Assembly (NCBI RefSeq): GCF_006345805.1
Contig: NC_043016.1
Span: 21,452,001-21,516,000, forward strand
DNA length: 64,000 bases
Source: Octopus sinensis
Lineage: Eukaryota
Reading direction: 5' to 3'
Shown here: piece by piece, positions 35,948-47,730 of the stretch
Layout: every line of letters starts with the position of its first letter
Numbering within the stretch: the first letter of the stretch is position 1
Made by a program: the position numbers and the translations under genes
The notes under the pieces: generated by a model
The model's database searches: none
The model's input: the letters and a program-made list of their open reading frames with translations, nothing else
Told to the model about the DNA's origin: nothing

Positions 35948-36396
35948 AGTGAGTGAACAAAACGAAAAAAAGGCCCTCAACATATTTAGCAGGAGTTACA
36001 TGTATTATTTAAAATAGTTTGATTCAACTCCATGTTACTTAAAGTTCTGTGGGCCTCTAACAGAAACCTGTCTCTTTCAGGATTAGATTACTGAATGGAA
36101 AAACAGGATGTCCAAGATGATTACTGGAAAATAAGCTGCTATTGGTCAAGGCAGGTCATGTGGTGCTGCCAGAGTAAGATTGGTTGACTGCATGGATGGA
36201 CAGGAAACTGGTAGTGCCTAGGTATCTGGGTGCAGCAAGAGTAACACTGGTGAGGGTGTGTGTGTGTTGGTATGTGTGAGTGCATGTGGATGCAAATGTG
36301 CTAGTGCCTGTTACATGTTAATTAAATTTATATATATATATATATTGTAGACCTCATCATGTCAATTGTAGAAAATTGCTCAGGACATGCTAGATT

Positions 36397-36862
36397 GTGC
36401 AGAGAGGTCTACAATTGATATGATCTTCTCACTCAGGCAGCTTCAAGAAAAGAGTCAAGAACAGAGACAGCCCCTATACGTGGCCTTCATCGACCTGGCT
36501 AAGGCGTTTGACTCAGTCTGCAGGGAGGGGCTGTTTGCGCTCCTGGGTAGGATAGGTTGCCCTCCCAGACTGCTGAAACTCATCACCTCCTTTCACGACG
36601 GTATGCCTGGCGTCGGACGGTGAGGAAAGGCGTTTCCATGGCTGAGGAGAGGAGAGCACAGCTGTGGTTGGACAGGCGGGACAGGAGGAGGACAACTGCA
36701 GCAATACCCCACACGTACCCATCGATGTTCGTGTGCAGCAACTGTACCAAGAACTGCCACTCTAGAATTGGACTGTTCAGTCACAGCAGACGCTGCACAT
36801 CATCAAAGTAGGCCCCACTCTTGGCGCAACCCATTGTCTATCAAGACAGACGGGGAAGAAGG
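36397..36862 (+). mobile_element. GC-rich RTE (BovB-like) LINE fragment with large internal deletion
   Basis: AERSTIDMIFSLRQLQEK..EQRQPLYVAFIDLAKAFDSV (RT) fused directly to the C-terminal C.NC.KNCHSRIGLFSHSRRC and 3' end. Confidence 0.88.
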
Positions 36863-37049
36863 ATATATATATATATATATATATATAAATGCGATACGGT
36901 TGTTAAGCTGAGACTAATCTTTGATAAATCAACAGTTCATTTATCTCTGCCTATGTTCCACAGTCTGGATTGGTTGATGATCAAAATGACAAATTTTATG
37001 AGCTCCTTAAGAAACAATTTTCAAACCCCATATATAATATATATATATA

Positions 37050-37081
<32 letters not shown>

Positions 37082-37258
37082 TATAAGTAAATAAATGGAG
37101 TTGAATGAAGATGTTATTAAAATTCTTTTACTTTCGACATAAGATTGCATTTTACACTGTTTATTCCTTTGGAATAATACCATGTTGTCTTCGAAACATA
37201 TGTCAAAAGTAAAAGAATTTTAATAACATCTTCGTTCAACTCCATTTATTTACTTATA
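37082..37258. repeat. 177-bp hairpin MITE (~60-bp arms, TA ends)
   Basis: tataagtaaataaatggagttga...gacata versus tatgtc...tcaactccatttatttacttata. Confidence 0.85.
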
Positions 37259-37439
37259 ATACACAAATTACTGCACATTAACCCAGAGTTTCTACCTTTG
37301 AATAGGTCACTTCATCCGTGTTACTTGCGTGAATTTTGCTACCCTGGTAACTGTTTATTGAATTTTCCATGTTAACAGTAAACAAAGGATAATTCATTCC
37401 TCCATTTAAATATATATATATATGCGTGTGTCACTAAAG

Positions 37440-38420
37440 TGACATAAGGCACTAATCAGCACCAGTATTGCTAGAAATAAGAGTCAGAACAACTCAATAT
37501 TGCCACTGAAAGCAATAGCCACTATTGGAAAAGAAAAGGAAACCTAAATGCAATGTGCTAGGGCTCTGTGAAATACATCAAAGGAAAGAAATAAATGTGA
37601 GATAGGCAGATAGAAGTGTTGAGAGACTGGGAAAAGCAGAAAGCGCCAGAGCATCAGGTGGTATAGGATTTACCATAAGTAAAGAAAAAATAAACAGGTT
37701 TTGAAAATTATTTCTTATCAGTTACTGTCATGCATTGTAATGCTAAACAGTTGTTGCTCAAGGAATGTCACCCTGAGGATCATCTGAACCTATTCTCCCA
37801 CAAATACAAGCAAAGACAATGAAGTAGAAGGATTCTGCAAAGAGCAAGAGGAAGCACTTGCACACAAATCAACTTACACCATACTGACGGTAGATTTCAA
37901 AGCAAAGGTTGGAAAAGGACAACAGGGAGAGAAATATGTTTGTGAAAAAGAAACAAAAAAGAGGATAATATTTGTTTACCATGGCAGAAACAAGAAAGCC
38001 TTATATTGGGAACAGCCTATACAGGAAGGAAACTGACCTGGATAGCCCCAAATGCTCAATACAAAAATGAAATGGATTATATGCTGGTCAATAAACAGTG
38101 CATATTGCAGGATGTTTCAGTAGTATCACCTTGCAACACCGGCAGTGAACATTGCTTGGTATTGGTTAAGATTGTGATCAGTGGAATCAGAAAGAAAAAG
38201 GCTATGCATATCTCAATGAAGAATCAATGCATCAAGACCTTTTCAAGTGAAACAATTACTGGAAACTATCAAAAAGGAAATTTGGAGTCAACCTGAAGAG
38301 CTCAGTGAGGACTAGTTTGTTGATCCAGAAAATGAAAAGCTGCATATGGAAAGCAAAAACTACAAGGCAGCAGGAATCTAGCAGAAGAATCTGAGGGGAG
38401 ATGAAGAAAAAAATATCTAT
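37440..38420 (+). mobile_element. RTE LINE APE-endonuclease region, degenerate
   Basis: DFKAKVG, RKLTWIAPN..KNEMDYMLV, S(E)HCLV motifs. Confidence 0.75.
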
Positions 38421-38599
38421 GTATTTATACATGTAATTTGCTTCTGGTAAATGTACTGTTAAAGAGAGATAATCATTAAGTTGAATATTGTGCATTTTTA
38501 ATTCTTTTTCACTTACATAAAATAAAAAGGCACTAAAAGAGAATGACTCCCCAGACACAACAGAATATGCTTCAACACACGAACTCATATAAAGAATCT

Positions 38600-40130
38600 T
38601 GCAAAGCAAATCCCAAAACGAAAAGTTTTTAAAGTTTTTTTACCATTGCGTCCTCCTTTGAAAACTTCAGCATGGCATAACTTGAGACACAAATGAAGTT
38701 AAATTCAACATCACACAAAGTTGCTTAAAAAAGAGAGAAGAGAGGAATTTCTTACGTGCAGATGAAATATTTTCGAGGCAATTCTGTCACATTCTTGAAA
38801 CCACTCTTAGCAATCTTTCATTGTGGCGCTTCCATGCCTCTTTCTTCCCTGAATCACTAAGTGCAAGCATACCATTATCCATTCATACACATTTCTCACC
38901 TACAACATTTTTATTCTCTCTGATACACTGCTTTGCAATTCTGAACACCTCAAGCAATTGATTCTCATTCTGTATTACATTTTCTGCTTTTCCTTTTGCT
39001 ATGTAAACCTGCTGCTAAGCCTTCTTTCTAACCACCTGATATAATTCTCTGCTTCCACCATCATTCCAGTCTTTTCAGGCCAGTCTCTTTTATAGCGTTG
39101 TCTACGTTCTTGTTCCACCACTATGTCACCCTTAGCCTAGCTGGGACTTTGCACCAGTAGCCCTCAGTAGACTGTCCCACAAGAACTTCCAATTGTCCTC
39201 TAAGCCAGTGCTACTCAAAATGGCGGTCTGCAGACTGGTGCCAGTCTGCGAGCCATCAGCTGCTGGTATGCTGCGAGTTTCCAGAAAAGAAAGAAACAAT
39301 AGCAGATAAACTGACAAAGAAGAAGCAGGTTCACCTTTCACATTAGCAAAGATTAAGATTATAAAATGCTTATGTAATACTGTATTATTTGTTTACAAAA
39401 TAAATATAACATAAAAAAATTGTCAACTTTTATTATTTTCATTATATATATTGTTTCTGGTATAAGTTAATATTACTAAGAAATATTACTGGCCCCTGGC
39501 ACATTGGAAAAAAAACCTGCCAGTACACCATATCATATAGTTTGAGAAGCACTGCTCTAAGTTGTATGTTCCCAACGTCACCTCTTTCTTGTCAGAAGCT
39601 TCCATTAGAATATTTCTAAATTTCTGTCTGTTAGCTGGGTCTTTGAGCTTTCATAACCTCCCTGTCCAGACTAGTTTATTTATCTGAATCCTTCCAGCTC
39701 TAATTTTAAAGTCACTAACTAGTAACCTATGTTGGGTTGTACATTCCTCACCTGGGAAAGACTTTACATTTTCAAACATCTGTCTATCTCACTGGGGGGT
39801 GAGGATGCAATCAATCTGGTTTATGTCTCCACCAGACTGATAGATGACAAGGTGGCTGACAGGTTTCTTGAAGTTAGCATCACAGATCATTTACACCACA
39901 GAACTCCAGCAACCTTGTTCACTTCTCATTTGTAGATCAAAAATTGTAACCCCTATGCACACCATAGAATCCATGGGAATGCTGTCCAACTTGTCCACTG
40001 AAGTCACTAGCCATAATAACCAAGCCTCTGTCACTTGTTATTGAGGTAGTCTTCAAAAAGACCTCATGAAATTTGTCTTTCTGATCATCAGCCAGCCCAG
40101 ACTGTGATTTATCGAAGATTAGTCTCAGCT
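38600..40130 (-). mobile_element. RTE LINE endonuclease/linker region, degenerate
   Basis: Minus-strand remnants resembling FPGEECTTQHRLLV and LEDNWKFL(W)DSLLRAT. Confidence 0.65.
39206..39554. mobile_element. hAT (Charlie/Buster-type) MITE
   Basis: TIR CAGTGCTACTCAAA / TTTGAGAAGCACTG; 8-bp TSD CTCTAAGC (39198-39205) / CTCTAAGT (39555-39562). Confidence 0.88.
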
Positions 40131-40145
40131 TAACTACCCTATCAC

Positions 40146-40179
<34 letters not shown>

Positions 40180-40326
40180 AGAGAGAGAGAGAGAGAGGGA
40201 GAGGTTGTGCTAACCTCATGAAGGAATGGTTTCATCCAAGGAAATATTGGTTCAATAGCTAGTATGTTTGAGGAATTAATTTCCCTAAAATAATAGGTGT
40301 ATATAAAAACATAGTTTATATTCATT

Positions 40327-40741
40327 TAAAAGAAGAAAATGGAAATTGGGATGTTAATAATTGTTTTTAATTAACAGCAAATTGGTCATCTTCACTTACA
40401 GCCATTTCTATTCATACTCAATAAACATTAAATTTACATTTATGCAACATGAGCATAATATTATCAGAAGTAAAAAAGATGTACCCTTGGATGCTATATG
40501 TGTGTGCTTGTGAATTCATTTTAGCAGACTCAGACTTAGTCTACTTAAATGAATTCACAAACACACATATATAGCATCCAAAGGTACATGTTTTTTACTT
40601 CTGATAATATTATGCTCATGTTGCATAAATGTAAATTTAATGTTTATTGAGTATGAATAGAAACAGCTGTAAGTGAAGATGACCAATTTGCTGTTAATTA
40701 AAAACAATTATTAACTTCCCAATTTCCATTTTCTTCTTTTA
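40327..40741. repeat. 415-bp near-perfect palindrome
   Basis: 204-bp arms 40327-40530 and 40538-40741, 7-nt loop, 9 mismatches by manual alignment, TA at both ends. Confidence 0.95.
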
Positions 40742-41454
40742 TATGTTTGTGTGTGTATATATATATACATGCATATATATATGATGATGATATGTATATG
40801 TAACGGTTTTAAATTGATTAGTAGACAATATTATGATATGTTATGGTCAGTAGATGCAACGATAAAAAGTTTGTTGATATAATTGCATGTTACAAATATC
40901 TTGCCTCGATGGGCAGGTTTTGATACATCCAAAAGCATGTGAAGTAAAGTTTGTGTCCTCTTCATTGTTTAGTAGTAATTACAGAGAGAGATAGAATGAT
41001 GTTGTAAGAGAACAGAATTGGAGCTAGTGAGTGTGGGACGTTGTCTTTCTTTTTCCCTCTGGCCGTTTTGTCTGCTTGCCTCCATGATTCTAGTGGTCGG
41101 TTCACTAACTGATGTTAGCTCTCTCTCAACTCACGACTTTGTCACAAGGTGACTAACTACATTGAGTCGTCATGACTGTGACGAACTGATTTTTGTTTGA
41201 GGTGTGCTTGCTTATATAAAGATCCAGAAGGATAGATATATCATTGAGAACAATAGATTTAATTGGTGGTCTTAAAGGGTCAAGTGGTGAAGGCACCTGG
41301 AAAATGTAAAACTGCTGTCAGAGAAAAACCATTGTTCCACCTTGGGAACAGTTCTGTTGCAGTGTTAATTTAAATTTGGCTATGGTGGATCAAATTCACT
41401 TCATGCATGCAAGATTCACTACATACATATATATATATATATAGTTAATCCAAA

Positions 41455-41720
41455 CTAGAAAACTCAAAAAAAAACACAACAACGCGAGGACGTGAAACAA
41501 ATATAGTATTATTGGACGCTCAGGAAAGAAGGAGGGTTTATCGTTTTGAGCGGAGCTCTTCGTCGGAAACATAGGAGAAGGAAAGATCCAGAGAAGGGAA
41601 GACAGAGGAAAAAAATCGCCAACGGTACACACGAGGTCATATTTTGAAAGACCGGAAGGAAAAGGGTGAAGAAAGATGTTTTCAAAGACAGAAGAGTAGT
41701 ATTGTCAAAGACAGCAGAAT
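41455..41720 (-). mobile_element. Probable Penelope-associated terminal repeat with degenerate hammerhead motif
   Basis: Minus strand gtttCCGACGAaGAGCtccGCTCaAAACgaTAaac. Confidence 0.45.
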
Positions 41721-41899
41721 GATAGAGGGAGGAATGTGTGTGTAAGTGTGGATATGTGCGTGCGTGGAGGTCTGCGTGTGTGTATATGTGCAATGATGAC
41801 ACGTGTGTGTGTATGTGTGTATGGTTGTGGCTGTAAACAAAGGGCTAGTAGTAGGGCTAGTAGAATAAGGAGTGGTGTCTTTTGTCCCTGCCACAGGTC

Positions 41900-42623
41900 A
41901 GTACTGTTACTTTGAAGTATGTGTGTGTGTGCATGTATGTATATGTATCGTGTGTGTGTTTTGTTTGTAGTGTGCGTGTGTATGTGTGTGTTCGTATGTG
42001 TATGCGTAGAGTTTGGGTGTGTGGCGAATAACTGTGCTTTACTTAGTGTATGTGTGCATATGTGCTTGTATGTGTGTATACATGTATGTATAATTGTGTG
42101 CCGTGTGTATGGGATGTATGTATGGGTTCATTTGTGTGTGTGTGTGTGTGTATGTATGTGCGTGCGTGTCATATGTGCATGTAGTTGTGTGTGCGTGTAC
42201 GTGTGCGTTTGTATGTGTGTAAGCGTATATGGATGTATATGCGTGTATCCGTGGGGTTGTGAGTTTTGGGTGTGTGCGTGTGCGCGTGCATATGTGTGCG
42301 CATGTTTATGTGTGTGTGTCTGTGCCTATATGTGTATACGTATGTGTGTGTGCGCGTGTAGGCATATATTGTGTGTATGTATATGTATCGGTGTGTATGT
42401 GAATTTGTGTATGCGTGTGTGTGGGTTTTTTTTTTGAGTTGTGTGGGCGTAATGTGCGTGTGTGTGCATGTGTGCGCTTACGTGCGTGTATGTGTGTGTG
42501 TGTCTGTGCCCATGTGTGTATAAGTGTGTGCGTATCTGTATGAGTATTGTTTGTTGGAAGTACATGTGGGCATCTGTGCTGGTGTGTGTGTATGTAGGTG
42601 TGTATGTGTGTGTGCGTGTATTG

Positions 42624-42679
<56 letters not shown>

Positions 42680-42868
42680 CGAGTGAATGTATGTATACAT
42701 GTGCATGTGTGTACAAATGTAGAGGTTTATATGTGTGTATATATATATGTATGCACGCACACACGTTATAATTGAAAGATTGATGGAAAAAAAATTGGTG
42801 TGGGTGTATGTGAATCCACAGGCACACACATACATACACTGACACACGCCTGTAATACAGCCAACCCC

Positions 42869-42900
<32 letters not shown>

Positions 42901-43310
42901 ATGTGTATGTATGTGTGTGTCTGTGTGAATGTATATGTGTGTGTGTGTGGGGGTTTTGAGTTGTGTGGGCATAATGTGCGTGCGTGTGCTTGTGTGCGTG
43001 TGTGCGCTTACGTGCGTGTATGTGTGTGTGTGTCTGTGCTCATGTGTGTATAAGTGTGTGCGTATCTGCATGAGTATCGTTTGTTGGAGGTATATGTGGG
43101 CATCTGTGCTGGTGTGTGTGTATGTACGTGTGTATGTGTGTGTGCGTGTATTGTATATATGTGTGTGTGTGTGTGACCGTGGAGAAGTACGTCAGGTTGT
43201 GTTCATTTTAATGTGTGTACGCGCATGTGCTTGAGTATGTGAGTGTATGTGGTTATGTGTACATTGATGTGTGTGTGTCTAAAGGTTTGTGTGTCTGTGT
43301 ATGCTGGATG
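41900..43310. repeat. Complex (TG/CA)-rich low-complexity region with a ~240-bp direct duplication
   Basis: 42420-42660 is similar to 42945-43170. Confidence 0.85.
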
Positions 43311-43949
43311 CATTTCAGCCATGCAGCTGCCATCATGCTGGAGCACCACCATGATTTATACTATTGCGCCCTTTCATTTACAAACAGTCTTTCAATGGTC
43401 CCCTAGTAAGAAAAACTTACATACACTACAAAAAAAAAAGCTGCCAACAAATTGCTTGCCATTAAAATACTTCTTGTACATAGTCAAAGGACATTTTGGT
43501 TTCCTAATATCATCAGATGGTTTACACAAAATAATAACTGAAAATATTTTTAAGAGGTAGGACAATTAAAAGATGTATCTATTGCTCTTCCACTGTCCTC
43601 TGCACTCAATATCTATAAAACATTTTCCACCTCCTCCCATTTTAAGAAGCACTACTCTAGAGATTGTAAAATTCCTTGATTTTGTTCAGTGTCCGTATTC
43701 CTTTTGCGTACTTCTACACATCAATGAAATATACTGGTATCATCTTTAGGAAAAGATCTGATGCAAGATAGTTATCACATTTTGATATTATTCAGACTTG
43801 TACAAGGGCTTCATGAAAAATTAAACATGTACTGAACAGCAAGAGGCAAAAAGGATTGAGTAAAGAAATGAAGAATTTGAAAATGGTCTTTTTTGTTAGT
43901 TCTTTAAAATGACATTCTTGGAAGATTGAACAAAACAAATAGGGTCTTG

Positions 43950-45340
43950 CACTAAGAAAATTGGAACATACTTGTCATAAATCTTCTTGAGCTTCAGTGT
44001 TGTACCTTTCCAACTGCGAAAAGATGTGCTTGATGCTTTCACACAGCAAGCATTAGCATCTAATTGACTCTGTCATAGTCAGGAGATGGGACAGGAGGGA
44101 TGTTAAGGTAACAAAGGCTATGTGTAGTGCAGAATGGTGGACTGATCTCAGACTCATCCATGCAAAACTTGACATCCAGCCCAAGCAGTGACGATAAGGG
44201 AAGCTGGCAAACAAACAACTAAGCATCAGCAAATTTGAATGGCACAATGTGAAACAGAATCTCAGTGAGGACTTGGACAGCAAGTGAAGCCAATTTGATG
44301 CTTGAACAAAGGGAGCAGGAAAGACTGAGTGGTGTCTAAAGGTGTGGTGTACAACACTGCACTCACTCATCTGGGCCAGAACACATGTAAACACCACGAC
44401 TAGTTCAACACAATGATTAAGAAATTCAAAAGTGTGAAACCAACAGATTATCTTAGCAAGACAGCATATCAGCTTCCAAGAAAGCAGCCGATAACATCAC
44501 AAAAAGTAAGGTGCAGGCAAAGCTCAGAGGAGTGGAAAATTTCTTGCTCAGAAGCTGTATGTGGAACTAACTATCACTGTGAAGGTAAATCTTGAAGGTT
44601 GTTGCTAAGTTCAAGTACCTCAGCAGTAGACTTTCCAGATCTGTGAACAATGACAATCAAGTTGTTAAATGCATTGCCAAAGGAAGCTCAGCATTCGTGC
44701 AGCTATGTGAATCAATTTGGGAGAGGTTTGTCATCAAGTCGATATTAGGCTTGTTATCAAGTTGAAGATATAAAAAGCAGTTGTACTGCTTACACTACTG
44801 TACACCTGTGAGACTTGGATGGTTTATGAACACCATGCCAAAAAGCTAACTGCTTCCACATAAACTACCTGAGAAAGCTGTTGTAAATCACCTGACAAGA
44901 CAAAGTCCATGACACAGAGGTTCTCTCTTGAGTTGATCTGCCAAGCATTTAGACACTGCTGAGGAGAGTGCAAGTCAGGTGATCAGGCGCCACCTTGTTT
45001 GAACGCCTGATATATGACTCCACAAGAGATTGTTTTACTGCAAACTGACAGAAGGCAAGTGCAGACAAGGTGGACAGAAGTGCTTCGAGGATATGCTCAA
45101 AGTCTCACTGAAGAGCTTTGAGATCAACCCTGACACCTTGGGAAATGCAAAAACAAGACCTGATGAAGCTACGGCAACAAAGGTGCCAATGCCGACAATC
45201 AGAACAGGATTGCAGGGGCACAAAGGAAACATGAACTGAGCAAGTCCAGAGCCAACTCCTTCCCTTCAGTCCTTGCAGATCTGTAGCAGAGCCTTCCGAG
45301 CATGCATTAGACTGATCAGCTACAGCTGGACACACTGTGA
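43950..45340 (+). mobile_element. Degenerate RTE (BovB-like) LINE RT-to-C-terminus
   Basis: KFKYLSS, YTCETWMVY, LFYCKLTEGKCRQGGQKCFEDMLKVSLK remnants. Confidence 0.8.
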
Positions 45341-46262
45341 CCCATCTCCCATGTACTGCCCTTGGTCATTATTGATGACAGATTGACTAATAATATATAT
45401 ATAATCATCATTGTTTTTCATACCGACATGAGTTGGATGGTTTGACAGGAGCTGATAAGCCAAAAGACAGTGCCAGCTTCCAATGTCTGCTTTGGCATGG
45501 TTCCTAGACTGTATGCCTTTTCTAATACCAACCTTTACATGGTGTGTTCTTGGTGCTATATAAGTGACAGTGGCAGTAGTGAAGTTACCAAATAACTTGT
45601 ATGGCAAGACCTCGTCAACTAAAGGTACATTATTGAGGGAGGTGGCTTTATACCAGGTAATGAAAGAATAAAATATGACAAAAGGACAGAAACAAGTGTC
45701 TTTCAATAGAATAGATATATAGCTAACTCAGCTGGAAAGAGAGAGAAGAGTGTGAAGAGGTCTCAGAGCATACCCTCAAGGTGAATATAAGAGAAGGTGA
45801 ATATATGAGAAGTAGTCCAGAGGGCTGGACATGTAAATGAGTAGATAAGTTTGTGAGAGTGTGAAAAAAGAATAGCAGATGGATAGAGATGGAGAGAGAG
45901 AGATGAATGCAGCATATGGTGAACATAAGTGGAAGCATGGTTAATGGAAAATATAAATTTTTGGAGGGAGAAGGTAGAGGCAATAAGAAGGTGGTGTAGG
46001 TGATGTGGAGTGTAGGCAGTGAGTAATAAATGCACAGTGCCAAAGTTGAGATCAGAAGTACATAGGGGATGAGATGGCAGAATGAAGCAGTGTATGAGGG
46101 AAAATTGGAAGTGAAAGATTGGAAAAATAAGAGAGTAAGGGATGATTCTTAGAAATTAAGAGCTACAGTAAATGGTCCCAGGAAGGGTGAGTAGGAATGC
46201 AAAATGATGGGAATGAAATTTGTTCACTTCAGCTATCATACAATTAAAGCAGCTGATTAAAT

Positions 46263-46605
46263 AGCGGCGCATGGCTCAGTGGTTAGAGCGTCGAGCTTAC
46301 GATCATGAGGTTGTGAGCTCGAATCCCGGACCGGGCTGCGTGTTGTGTTCTTGAGCAAAGCACTTTATTTCATGTTGCTCCAGTTCACTCAGCTGTAGAA
46401 ATGAGTTGCGACGTCACTGGTGCCAAGCTGTATCAACCTTTGTCTTTCCCTTGGATAACACTGGTGGCGTGGAGAGGGGAGGCTGGTATGCATGGGCGAC
46501 TGCTGGTCTTCCATAAACAACCTTGCCCGGACTTGTGTCTAGGAGGGTAACTTTCTAGGTGCAATCCCATGGTCATTCATGACCGAAGGGGGTCTTTACC
46601 CTTTA
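46263..46605 (+). mobile_element. Full-length tRNA-derived SINE
   Basis: A box TGGCTCAGTGG (~46272), B box GCTCGAATCCC (~46317), ttcttgagcaaagcactt core, tail gaccgaagggggtctttacccttta. Confidence 0.88.
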
Positions 46606-47076
46606 GTCAGAAGAGTGATGAGGTTTAGGTGTTACGTAGACAAGTTGCTGAGAAGAGACAAGTCAGAGATAGATTGGGTTCAAGGGCATACATATGATTT
46701 TAGAATCTCATTTTTTGCTTAGATGGATGGGTGTTGTTGAGCACAGCAAATTACCAATCATCTTAGTGTTTTATCATCATCTCCATGAGATTCGACATCT
46801 TGAGGTCATTTCACCACTGCATCCCATGCCTTCTTGGATTTACCTCTTTCACAAATTCTATCCACTTTTAGGGATCAGCGCTTCTGTATACAGATGTCAT
46901 CTGCATTTGTGGCTCAGATTTCACAGTACTGTTCATATACAAGCATCATATAATCTGCCTTTTACTCTGAGAGCAGTCTTTTATTACCATCAAAAGGAAA
47001 TAGCGCCCTGAACGTTCATACATATGTATAGACATATATATATATACTTTATCAATAAAGCTGTAAAAGCATCACA

Positions 47077-47122
47077 AAAACTGTTATTCGGAGTTTCACA
47101 TTCCCATTCATCAGACAGTTTT
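47077..47122 (-). ncRNA. Type I hammerhead ribozyme-like motif downstream of a Penelope ORF end
   Basis: AAAACTGT-CTGATGA-atgggaatgt-GAAA-ctccgaa-TA-ACAGTTTT: perfect 8-bp stem I and intact core; stems II and III are imperfect. Confidence 0.6.
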
Positions 47123-47686
47123 GGTTGAGAATGGAACAAAAATAAGGTTATATGTATAAATATATGTATAAATATATGTATAAGCACTTTGTAGTGTGCC
47201 TGCAAGAATTTAAAAGCTCTCGTCTTTGGTTCAATGCATGTTTTTCCTAGAACACAATGAAGAATTTTTCAGAGAGGCAGAGATTTCATCTCATTGGTTA
47301 CATATGAAAATGGTTTTGTTTCATTTTTCCTTTCAACTAACGGTCTTTTCAATAACCAGTTACATGAAATTACAATTACGATTTAAAATCATATGAAAAT
47401 CAAAGAAAAGCTTAAATCGAAAATTAGCTTTAGTGGAAGGAAAAATTCTGTATGTCCAGGAAAAATTAATTAATGGTAAAATGAATTTAAATTAATTAAA
47501 AAGATATGCCTATTTAAAATAAAAACATTTAGATAGAACTAACATCATAAAAATACATATACACTTAGCTATATATATATATACATATCAAAAAATCTAT
47601 ACATACATATATACACTAAACATACAAATGTTGGTACATGCCTACATGCATATACAAACAAACACAGGCAAAACATATATATATAT

Positions 47687-47730
<44 letters not shown>

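Noticed and set aside
41919-43234. Long Cys/Val- and His/Thr-rich ORFs (up to 179 aa)
   Set aside because: Translation artefacts of TG/CA low-complexity DNA, which lacks stop codons.
43480-43525. CTGATGA...GAAAC hammerhead-like string on the minus strand
   Set aside because: The flanks cannot form stem I or stem III.
46263-46335. tRNA gene
   Set aside because: A and B boxes are present, but there is no acceptor stem or T-run terminator and it continues into a SINE body.
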